Source: Chrysomallon squamiferum (Eukaryota; Animalia; Mollusca). Taken from it: a DNA stretch of 64,000 nucleotides. Every line of letters begins with the position of its first letter. The stretch's first letter is position 1. A model generated the notes under the pieces. It saw only the letters and a list, made by a program, of their open reading frames with translations, did not search any database and was not told the DNA's origin. Below are positions 46,001-56,879 of this stretch, piece after piece. A program made the position numbers and the translations under genes. The DNA is taken from NCBI GenBank assembly GCA_012295275.1, contig CM022667.1, positions 5,518,001 to 5,582,000 of the forward strand, written 5' to 3'.

Positions 46001-48519
46001 GATCTAGTTTCTGTCTGAGTGCAGCTAAACTCACACTGCTACCATCTTTATAAAAGTATATTAAGTCATCACGATTTTCAGCACCTGACACTGTACAAGT
46101 CAGAGTAAACTGTTTGTCTTTGACTAAATGAGATGAAGATCCAGACAAAGTCAGTGAAACACAATCTGTAAAATAAAATATGAAACTTGTTTTGTTTGTT
46201 AAATAAAATTGTATTTATTTATTCAATTTTTATTTTTATCTTTATTATTTCTTTATTATGCAATCTGCAAAGATGTTGTGAATTTTAAGAGTTTCCTTAA
46301 AAATTACAGTTCTGTCCATAAATTAAAAATAATAAGTTAAATGTTTAGAACATACAGAAAATGCACTTTATGTTATATTTAAAAGCAAATATTTACATTA
46401 TAAAATAGAATGAATTTATGTTTTATTTAATGTTGCACTGAACACATTTTTAATCAATGTTTACATGGAATAACAGTCATTAAAGATAATACAGACAGAT
46501 TTGGGTTAACCAGCTGGAAACAACCCAATTCTTTTAAGATCTAAAACACTTTTGGATCAAGTGATAATTGTGTTTTAGTCTTCATAAACTATGTGGGTAA
46601 TTAGGCAAGTTCATTTAAAAGTTGTAAGTATCTATAAAATAATAGCTCCAATTTTCCTGAAAACCTTCGTTCAGTGCATCTGAAACATTTCCTTTATAAA
46701 GCAAACCTTCTGTCAATAGTTCTGATAATTATTATTTAAATATTGAATTTCACTGAATAATTTCAGTCATCAGTTAAAATAGCAAGAGGGATGAGCAAAC
46801 ATTTCACTTAATATTACTGATAAATGGTACCCATAACTTTTGAAAGCAAATATAAACAGTTTAAAATAATCAAATGAATTTATGTTTTATATAAATGTGA
46901 ATAAGGAGAAAGCAGATATCAAGAGAGCTAAAATTTGCAGTCATGCAGTAGGATACTATTTTTATATGTACTATACCACAGACAAGGAAGTACAAACTAT
47001 GACTCCTCTCACTGATCTAAAATAAGACATTGCACCTTGAAGAGACAAGTGTTCTAATTGCACATTCAATAACGAAGGACCTACACTTTCAGATGGCTAA
47101 TTATCATAAAACACACCTTTTTTGGTACAACTTCAAAGAAAGATTGTTCATGTTTGACAAATGAGACATTTTGCTTGATTTTTTCCCCCCCAACATTTCA
47201 TGTTATAGTTTGTTTTAAATATACTTTTGAACAACTTCACTATCTGTAACATTGGTGATGGATTGATGTTCATATTTCATATACACTGCAAATTGTTCAT
47301 AACTATTTTATTAACACTGGTATCATTTTCTATAAATTTACTAACATGATTACATTCATCAAAAATGAATATATTTTGGGAAAAAATGCATTTATTACAA
47401 TTATAAATTTTATTATAAATTTTTAAAGAAATCCGAAAAATTACTAAATTATTTTTAATATTGTACAATACAAAGAGAACCTAACATGACGAGATACATT
47501 AAAACTGTGAGATAACTACTTTGTATTGCCAGTGAATATATTTACCTCTAGACAGTATACAGTCATTATAAAATAACAAGTGAATTATTTCTTTTCTGCA
47601 CTTGTTATAAACCTCATTAAAAGTTACTTTTAGATAATAATACTACTACTACTAATAATAATAATAAATGATTTTCATTTCTAAGACAATAAATGCATTC
47701 CACTGTTTCATAATCAGAAGATATATTTAAATATTAACTTATTGAAGAATACTGATATAAATTTAAACCTTTTTTGTGAATTACAATATTCAGTGAACAC
47801 AAATCTGGTAAAATTAAGATAAATAATGAGTGATTTATTTCGTTCAGTATCGTTATCTTTGTTAAAGATCAATATATATATATATATATATTATGACAGG
47901 CATATTATTATTTATGTATTTTTAAAGTAGTTTTATTTTTAACAGTTAAAAAGATATAATTGATTTAATATTCAAAACTAATAACTGTATAATATTAATT
48001 ATAATGTATTTAGTTAAATCTTTTTTACAAAGAGAAATCCATATATGTATTAAGTAAAATTATGTATTCCAAATTAGAATATGAACAGAATTATGGTTGA
48101 TCATCAACAGATATTCATAAATTCTACTAAAATAATGATATCGAGCACAACATCAGTAAATGTATGTAACACTTTAATGACAGAGAAACACGTGTTTTGC
48201 GTATGACACAGATCAAATCAGATTTTAATGTTTTGTTAATTATTTTAAATAAAGAATATAGTAAATATAGAGTAATTGGTTTAAATGTTTAAATATAATT
48301 CCATTCATTAAAACATAAACAAAAATAACAGGAAAAGGAATGTGTAATTATCAGTCAGAATAGAAGTAAAATAATTTTCAGTTGAAAACCAATCAAGACT
48401 GAATGTTGAAAAAAAAGAAAGAAAAGAGTTTCTGTAAACTTACCTGAATAAACAACACTGCTCAAGAAGAAAACCACTAAACTCAGTTTTTTATCAACAG
48501 TCCAAAACATCGTAGACAT
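35693..48519 (-). CDS. Gene C: type-I IgSF receptor with 5 Ig domains, TM and multi-tyrosine tail ending in ITIM+ITSM (Siglec/CEACAM-like architecture); 744 aa, 12 exons
   Basis: Exons 48444-48519, 45803-46165, 45229-45483, 44399-44653, 42929-43207, 41390-41695, 39291-39446, 37967-38074, 37227-37283, 36562-36669, 36137-36225, 35693-35875; all GT-AG, phases consistent, total 2235 nt, no internal stop seen. Confidence 0.92.
36137..36225 (-). CDS. Gene C exon 11: cytoplasmic, HVYGND motif
   Basis: 89 nt, phase 1 to 0; EYEDKHVYGNDNTTFVKDETSNKKTKRSNK; same-length homologue in D. Confidence 0.85.
36562..36669 (-). CDS. Gene C exon 10: cytoplasmic, DMYAIVDK motif
   Basis: 108 nt, phase 1-1; NAGNAG acceptor; homologous exon in E at 11831-11927. 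Confidence 0.82.
37227..37283 (-). CDS. Gene C exon 9: cytoplasmic, VVYTQVNK motif
   Basis: 57 nt, phase 1-1; taacag| and AAG|gtaagt; GDVVYTQVNKQTKHKVVEK. Confidence 0.8.
37967..38074 (-). CDS. Gene C exon 8: cytoplasmic, VLYSEVNK motif
   Basis: 108 nt, phase 1-1; homologous exon in D at 61454-61561. Confidence 0.9.
39291..39446 (-). CDS. Gene C exon 7: transmembrane segment
   Basis: 156 nt; IIAVGGGVGAGLLVVVVVVILLIFLF followed by stop-transfer RRRK. Confidence 0.95.
41390..41695 (-). CDS. Gene C exon 6: membrane-proximal I-set-like Ig domain lacking the canonical disulfide
   Basis: 306 nt; CSPRLD...VTLNISVIANPVPTFTWYK...EDFGIYQVVVSN. Confidence 0.93.
42929..43207 (-). CDS. Gene C exon 5: Ig domain
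   Basis: 279 nt; LRCEVDSNPAS...CLDTGFYTCEAGN. Confidence 0.93.
44399..44653 (-). CDS. Gene C exon 4: short C2/I-type Ig domain
   Basis: 255 nt; YGPENV...SCEADCDEVCTYKW...AGVCVCIVTN. Confidence 0.93.
45229..45483 (-). CDS. Gene C exon 3: short C2/I-type Ig domain
   Basis: 255 nt; GPDSV...NCAAVCKPPCLFSW...KYTCTVTN. Confidence 0.93.
45803..46165 (-). CDS. Gene C exon 2: N-terminal V-like Ig domain
   Basis: 363 nt, phase 1-1; FTLTCTVSG...YSVTINKASDQDVTDWLC; extra Cys pair QCSV...VECG. Confidence 0.93.
48444..48519 (-). CDS. Gene C exon 1: signal peptide
   Basis: MSTMFWTVDKKLSLVVFFLSSVVYS, phase-1 donor CAG|gtaagt. Confidence 0.8.
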
Positions 48520-48587
48520 AATATACTAATTATAAATTGTGTCACAGTTTTAGATCAAAAATCTTGTTCTCACAACAAGCTATTCGT

Positions 48588-48607
48588 TGCAGTTCACTTC
48601 CTGGTTT
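48588..48607 (-). promoter_or_regulatory. ETS-type site (CAGGAAGTGAAC, near the ETS-IRF composite consensus) about 80 nt upstream of the gene C ATG
   Basis: Minus strand AAACCAGGAAGTGAACT; a second GGAAGTG at about 48871; motif match only. Confidence 0.35.
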
Positions 48608-49136
48608 ATTTCTGTCAAAATGTGTACTTCTCTCCGGATTTAGTTAATGCAATAACATCCCATTTTCCATCTGAACTGAACTCACACAAGTATGGTGAAT
48701 AATGATCACGTAAATGTTTGCTTCACGTTTGATTACAATTATCAGCAATCTTTTGTTAGCACAGACTAACTCGCACCGAACTTCCACTAAGTTTACAATA
48801 CTGAATATAAAATCTAAACCGAGGCTAGATATTATCTCCACTGTGAATAGATACAAAGATTTACGGCCCGGGAAGTGTGTGACATGTAAGTTTCTCCTAA
48901 AATTAATTCTACGCCCCGGTACTCAGTAATCGCCCTTTTATTTAGCAGTCGGGGGTATACAATTAAAAATTTAGAACGAACTAATTCTGCAGTATAGCTA
49001 TAAACGCTAAGAATTTGTTTGATCATTTATACTGGGACTGTTAAAAAGTCATACGCAATAGGAGAAATGCTATTTTTTTATTTTTTATTTTTTTTTTATT
49101 CGTTTATTAATATTTATTTACTTATTTACTGATGTA

Positions 49137-49198
<62 letters not shown>

Positions 49199-49491
49199 AT
49201 ATATATATATATATATTTTTTCTCTCGGCGACTGTTAGGAAGTTTTCACATCTTTATGTGATGGCAGAGATTTTTAAGAAAGAAAAAAAATAACATACTT
49301 GACAGAGTACAAGAATTTTATTTGGCTGCAGTCTCTGAATACAAATCATAAACTAAAACTGCACATTTTCTGTGTTTTAAAATTCAGATGTTGATTTTAT
49401 GTGGTAAAATTAAATACCAAACTCAGCATTGTTTTATTTATTTTATATATATAGGCCCCTTAACGATACCTTGATTGGGCCTCGATCAAAC

Positions 49492-50375
49492 TGTGGCAGG
49501 TTTTCTCAGCGATATTTGAATGTTGTGTTTTCTGTTTTTGTTTAAGTTAGAAAATTGTCCCTAACTTATTTTATTTGTTATACCACGGATTGCAGTTTAG
49601 GTTATACCTACATGTAGAATCCGCTGGTAGCTATTTATTTTTTACTTATTATACTATTTTATATTGTTGTACTATTAAGGTACAGTTTTTGAAAATGTCG
49701 GTACCATATTAATTGTTTACCTAAATACTTACTTTAATACAGTTTAACATTTCGTAATTAACCTATATGTATCTTGAAAGTAAGTAAATAAGTTAACCAT
49801 TCATTTCTACAGATATTCCTAACAGTATGTATTAAGTGAATGTCTACTGTTAGTTAACAGGAATCCAGTTGCTCAAACATCTAACAATTTACGATCATTA
49901 GCGAGAGACAAAAGGAGGAGACCACAAAGAACAAAGAGGAGAAAGACAAAGAGAAGCATGGGACGGTGGAGTTGGTGGCCATTATTAGGCAATTAAGTTG
50001 GTAATTAAAGTTTGCGCTATCTTTGTTTAAAGTCGGAAATCAGGGACAAATGGTTATCCTGTATGCTCTGTTTTGTTGATCAGTTTGATGTAACCTGTAT
50101 ATGCTTCATAGAGAGTTTGAGTTATATATATTTCTAACATAACCTGTTTGGGTAAATTAAAATAATTAATAATTACAGTATTTCATTTAACGCCAACTCC
50201 CACGTCCTGAACCACTAAATAAGTATATATGTGTAAAATAAATAATTATCTTTGTAATATAAATATTGTGTTTTGTGTTAATAGTGGATACTGGATATGT
50301 ATAGTTTATATCTGTAGTATATGCAAATATTTGTATGTATTACAATTAAGTGCATGGTCGGTCAGCGGGTCCACA
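49492..50375. mobile_element. Probable solo LTR upstream of gene C
   Basis: Begins TGTGG, ends CCACA (5-bp inverted ends), 884 bp, no coding content; flanks AAAC/AAAG are only an imperfect 4-bp TSD. Confidence 0.45.
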
Positions 50376-51377
50376 AAAGGCACAAACCTCAGACAAGAAA
50401 CGAGCCGTATTTTAATAGAGTTGTTAGCACTTGAAAACTATCGCCTCTTATGCGCTGGGCCACGTGACAAGATTTTATATATGTGCATTAGAGTTGAAAT
50501 GTTAACTAAATATTCGAAATTTAATTTAATTTTAAAATGTTTATACTTTCATTTTCACCAGAAGCAGAGTCTCACGGAATTCAGATTGAGTAACAAATAT
50601 ATCTTTCTGGATTATCTGCCTGTTTATTTTTATGCCATGGAATTTTTACCAATTTATACTTCAAAGACGTGCGAATGTTTAATTTTTGCCGCCAATTTTT
50701 CAACTCCATGGCATTGTTTTAAAAGAGCCGGCACTTGGTAATTAAGCAGCGAAGGAAAAGGCCAACACGAGAATTCAGTCGGGCGGGTAACAAATGTTTT
50801 TTAATGACATTTTCTTTACAGACGAGTATGGTAAGCAATTGTGTATTCTTATTTTGATAGGGTGTAATGTGCAATTAACCTGTATCAATAACATTAAATA
50901 CACCTACAATTTTAACTGTTTAATCTGTCCTCCGTGCAGATTCTTATTTTGTCTTCGTTCCCCATATGACTTCACTCGTTCATTAATCAGAGTTATTTAA
51001 ATCTATGTTTTATAGATAGTAAATTGTATTATTATCTCGTTACCTTTATATATCGTAATTAAATAATGAACTTGTACCTTAACTATAGTTGTGTGTTTAT
51101 TTCTGTAGTGGATTGATATAATTATTGCTATCTCTGAATTAAAAGTCAAGTGAAATCAATAATAATAAAAGATAAAACACGGGAGAAAACGAAGTAAATA
51201 ATATATACAGGTATAATAAAAAAAAAATCGTAATAGTTGATTTTGAGAAACTAATTCTCTATTGATTGATTTCAGCTTACTTTATATCCAAAGTGATGTT
51301 TCAAAAGGCTATTCTGCAGCTTGACTGTTTGAAAGTTCTTTTAATTAATTGATTTATTATTATTATTATTATTATTA

Positions 51378-51436
<59 letters not shown>

Positions 51437-51662
51437 CTCTTGAAGATATTTAGCCTCATATACATATTACTTTTCAAATTACCATATCTTTTTTTTACAA
51501 GTAAACAAATTGATGATGATAAAAATCAGAAATAAACAATTAATAAGAAAATTCAAGTACTTTAACTTCATGTTATAGCATTGTTGTGGAAACTCAACTA
51601 AGTGATGATCGATAGTAAAAACGACGATAGATATCCAGTGGGAAATAATAATAATAATAATA

Positions 51663-51701
<39 letters not shown>

Positions 51702-51834
51702 TTTACTATTCATTTCCTTCATCATCAATCTTTATTTTTTTTGTTTTTTTTTGTTGTTGTATTATAATGTGTGTTGTTTTTTTCTTTTTTTTTTTTTTTT
51801 TTTCTTTTTTTTAATCGGATTGAAAGCTTTTTTG

Positions 51835-52360
51835 AAACTATATATAATTATTCACCAGAATAAACTGAAATGTAGGCCAAACACAAATTCATATTAAAAC
51901 ATACTGACTGAAACCCTAAACACAGCAATCACAGTAATATCAGTAATTTTACACATTAGGACTCATTTTTCTATTTTCTATTTTCTCTTCATGTATCGCT
52001 TCATTCTATTATTTTCAAGGTAATTCTCTTAATAGTACACGTTCTTCGCATGTAATTTACATCAGAAACCCAGAATAATAATAATTTGACTAGTTATTTC
52101 TTTTCTCTTTTATTTATTTATTTATATTTTAGTCAGAAGAAAGTTTTTTTTATGAAAATAAATTTAATTATTCACGAGAATAACCTGATGTGTAGGCCAA
52201 AAACACAATGATTGACACCCGCAATAAAGCAACCACAATAATATGAATATCTTTTTAACATCGTGGCTCATTATTTATTTATTTATTTATTTGTATGTTA
52301 ATACCCTTTTCTATTCATGCATTGTTTCACTTTATTATTTTCAAGGTTATTCTATTAATA
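51835..52360. repeat. Diverged tandem duplication (about 320-bp spacing)
   Basis: taattattcac.agaataa.ctga..tgtaggccaaa and ttattttcaagg recur at about 51845-52020 and 52165-52345. Confidence 0.7.
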
Positions 52361-53097
52361 CCCGTTCGTCTTTCGTAGATTCCTCCACAACCTACTCCCA
52401 TCCACTTGCTTAGATGTCGAAGTTCATTTCTGACCTCAGATCGTCATTTAACGTGATCGCTGTGATATCAGCAGAATAATCTCCGTGTTCATCAGAATAT
52501 GCAGAAATTGCTTTTTTTTAAATTAGTCTTGTTCTGGAATATTTTTTCGTTAAAATATACAAAATAGTCAGTTTGCTGAGGTTCCGAAACAAAATTGTAC
52601 TCAAAAAAAAAAAAAAAAAAAAAAATTAAAAAAATTAAAACAAGAACAAAAAGGAACAAACAAAAAAGAAACAGCGTTTAGATGGGACATCATGTACTTT
52701 CAGATGATACTAATTCATGTTTCCGCAAGTGTCAATCGCTTCGGAACTTCAGCCAATCAAACATTTCCACACATCCATAATGTTTTATTTACGGTGTTTT
52801 TATGTTGATCATAGTTTAGTCCAGTTGTTCAGCAAGCGTTAATACTTCTTTTGTTAGAAGGCATTATTCATAGGCACAATGGGAAGCGATGTGTTTGGGG
52901 GACATGCAAATCGGATGAAAGGTATGACAGTTTATAGCATTTGATATTTATACCGTTTCCGAAAACACAACGAGAAAAATGTTTAAAATTGATTCGACTA
53001 TCTGGACGTTAACATGTTTTCAAATAATACTAATACACACAGCTGATATTTAGCTATATACGAATCACCTCAATATAAACAATATACATGCATAGCT

Positions 53098-53245
53098 AAA
53101 GAAAAGAAAGAAGAAAGAAATGTTTTATTTGATGACACTCAACACATTTCATTTACGGCTGCCGATTCGCGGGCTATTTTTGATTAGCAGTATCATCCAA
53201 CAGACAGGTTAGCATATATACCAGTCATGGTGCACTGGTTAGAAG
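53098..53245 (-). mobile_element. Decayed SINE-like fragment (shorter 3' piece at about 46405-46470)
   Basis: (GAAA)n-AATGTTTTATTT..GAC..ACTCAACACATTT..TTTACGG...GATTAGCAG...ACAGACAGG.TAGCA...ATACCAGTC.TGGTGCACTGG resembles an abundant gastropod SINE I recall; not database-verified. Confidence 0.6.
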
Positions 53246-53786
53246 TAGCATTGGTCAAAAAAAAATAAATAATAATAATAATAATAATAAAAACTAATAA
53301 TAATAAAAATGTGTTGTGTACATGTGTGTGTGATACGTATGACCAAAATTGGTTATGAGGTGAATTCAAATTTATAATTTGGGCGGTCTGTTGTAAATGT
53401 TCGACTTTTATAAATGCAGCTTTATTTGTTACTTTTCTTTAATTTAGGTTTTCACTAAAATAAGCCAAACTGCAATATCAGTTTAATACCAGAATATACT
53501 CATCCAGCTTTACGGTAGAACTTACACTCTGATAGCTGTATCGTCTCCAAGCAAATCTGAATTTGTAGTTTAAAAAAGTCTGTTGTTATTACAATACATT
53601 GATTTAAGCTAAGTATATTCGAGAAATTTGAATTGAAATGGGAAGGAAATACACTCTTTATCTCTCACTTTTTAATGTGTTCATATAAGAAAGTTCATGT
53701 ACATATAAAACTTAACAATACAGCAAATCTGATACAGACAGTGAGTACAGAGTATGGTGAGTATTTTCTAGCTTCCAGTGATGAGT

Positions 53787-53825
<39 letters not shown>

Positions 53826-54949
53826 CATCTTACAGAAGAGAATAGTTAAGCAAAGAGTCATCCGACTTACTATAATTGAAAGAAACATCATCAAAGTCAG
53901 ATGAGGTCATCAAACATAAAATCGTTGAGAAACAAGGACTGAGAAGAATTTGTGTATTTATTTTGCAAAACTAATTTAAATTGTACTAATGGACTAGGAC
54001 ACTTTTTGATTCTATCTATATCATTCTATAAGTAGAAAAAAACAACAACAACAATAATACAATTTTACCTCTCCATTAGATCAACAAACACCTACTGATC
54101 GAGGACACGGACAGCATTTTCAAAATTATTATTCCACTGTTAAAGTTTACAGTCATATCGATTTACGAAATTTTTTCTCCAAAATAAAAAATTGTAATGC
54201 TGTATGGCAGATTTATATAATTTTTTCAAGTTGACGTCGCCAGTCCCCTACATTTTTTCTCGGCCTCATAGGTGTCCCTACCAGACAGGTACCACTGTAA
54301 TAATAAACAATATGAGGAGAGCTGTCAGATTCTCTTCTGCTACCTCCAAGTGTAACGTGGACTCTCGGATCACTGTCCCATCAGCTCCACATCCACATAC
54401 AGATTCAAAACATAAATTTCCATGCAGAGGGTGCAAACTCTTGACAAAACTGCATTATAGTTAGCCATATTTTGAGGTTAATGACACGCTATAATCTATA
54501 CTTATGCACATGGTAAATGATTCAGAAGTAAGTTTTGTATTTGTACAGCCTAACATCTAACTAAATTTCAAGAAACACTGTGTGTGTGTTTTTGTTGTTG
54601 TTTGTCTTAAGGAAACCAAGATAAACATTGTAGCAGGAGAACTATCTTACATCTTGAGTAAATGAACTTTTCTGTGCAGACAGTTTGTCAAATGATCACA
54701 GTAACTTAGATGTCAGCTTAAAGTTAAGCGTTGATGTATTTCAGATTACGATCCTGACATTTCGGTTTGAGACGATCTATGAAAATATGCAGAAGCAAAG
54801 TGTGTTACAAATGATTAAATTACAGCAACAAAAACAATAACATTTTATTTAGAAATTACATAAATAATTGACAAACAATTTAGTTTATATTACATATATT
54901 AGTAAAAGTTTTTAATAAATAAATATATAATTTCATATAGTTTTTTCAT

Positions 54950-56870
54950 ATATACTGCAATTAAATATATGAAAAATATTTTTACATTCATTTGTAAGAA
55001 TATTTTTTTTTTTAAATAAATCAGAATTACTGTAACATTGACTACAAATATATATGTAATAAACATGAAAATAATGACTAAAAAAATACATTAATAAACG
55101 TACTTTATAAAATAGATAAAAATCTTGTAATTCTTTAATGTTTACTTTATGTTTTCAGAAATGCTAAAGATATTAACGTAAGAAATAATTTTAGTTCTTG
55201 TAAATATAAATAAAAAAGTAAACAGATGACTGTTCTATATATATATATATATATATAAGATAGAAAAAACCTAATATATATATTGATAGATAGATAGATA
55301 GATAGATAGACATAAAAAAAACTGGCATTGTTAAACAGCAAATCATAATGTGGAACCAAGTAAGATAAAATCTTCATTTCAGTATTATGAAATTACCAAA
55401 ATCAGTTTCCACACGCACACACACACACACAAAAGAAGTAATAGAAATAAAGAGAAAAACAAAAGAGCATTTATTACAACAGGAATAAAAACAATCATGT
55501 GACTGATGTATCAACAGATATTATTACTATAGTATAATGTAAAATTAATGACACCAATAGAATCAAAATAATAAAACGCACACACTCTATGAAGCATAAT
55601 TTTCATGATCAGACGCTTGTTTTAAAGTGTTTTCTGCTTGTCAGGGAAAATAAATGATGTCAGCACCATTAAACTTCGATAAAAGCAATTTTGACAGTTA
55701 CAAAATATTCCTAAGTTTTGGGTGAAATCTGTTTTCACTGTATTGTAATATCTTAATATGGATGTCTTTTCAGTTTCTCATGTTAATCAAGTTAATTAAT
55801 CAAAAAGGAAAAAGAAATTACTCGACATGTTAATACCATTTGGAGAAAAAAAAAATCATCTAAATGAGAAAGAAATGTCAAAAAACAAATGGATCATCTT
55901 CATAGAATGATTAAGTAACAAACCAGTAAATTATTTCAAATTCGTCATGTGTGAATTTCAGAAGGGATAACTATGAATTTGGTATTGATACAATTACTGC
56001 AATTTCTTCCTGTAGCAAAGTATTAATTATTATAATCCAGACAGTTTCAAACACCCATTCATACAAACACAGATCTGTCAAAGGTAATTATGTATGTAAG
56101 ATAATCTATATTAGGTGCTCAGCTTAGATTTAATTTGAGAAACTGGCCTGTTATGAAAATACAGACACATCTATGGGTAAAGCTTTCCTGTGATAACAGC
56201 ATGATAAATGTGCATGACAATGTCATTAGATGGAATTTATAGATAACTAAATATCCATAGACTTACATAAAAACGCCTTTACCTCAATTAAAGAAATAAT
56301 TATGTCCTATGTCAGATATAACGATTTATGGAAAAGCTTTTTTTCCTTCCACCCATGGACTATACTAAAATAATATAGTTTTTTTATAGTACAAAAACTT
56401 TGAACACTCTTATTTTACTACTTTCAAATGTGAAATGTTATCATTGTGATTCCAGATTAACTTTCTTCTTCCCTTTACAAAATAAGAATAAAAGAAACAG
56501 TGTCTATCTTATCCGGGAAATAATTTATAAACTTAAAGAAAATTATAAACCAAATAAATAAAAATAGTAAAAATAATAAAAGTATTACATACTGATACTG
56601 CTTACACTGTAAAGCCAAAATTTGGAGATTTCCTATCATAAAATATATCATGATCATGTAACAACAAAACTAAAGTAAAATAATTCTATAATTTTCACTT
56701 ATAAATATTAATCTATATTTTGTACTGCTTTTTCAGGCTTTCACAAAGCTTAATTTATTTTAGATTATTTCACCATTCTTTATTTCTCTAATTAAAGTTC
56801 AATACATTTTGATAGTATTTTTAATTATTTTGCAGTTAGTGTCTATAGTGTATATATTTACACATCAGAC
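54950..56870 (-). pseudogene. Relic, much more diverged copy of the receptor 3'UTR without its coding exons
   Basis: Colinear patchy similarity to 33860-35600 (e.g. gctttcacaaagcttaat.tattt..gattatttcaccattctttatttctcta at about 56738 and 35477); stops about 100 nt short of the stop-codon position. Confidence 0.7.
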
Positions 56871-56879
56871 TATTTTTGA

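Noticed and set aside
54060-54480. GC-richer patch with ORF 54204-54464 and a TACAGTGG..CCTGTC TIR-like end near 54299
   Set aside because: No matching second terminus or recognisable protein; at most an unclassified DNA-transposon scrap
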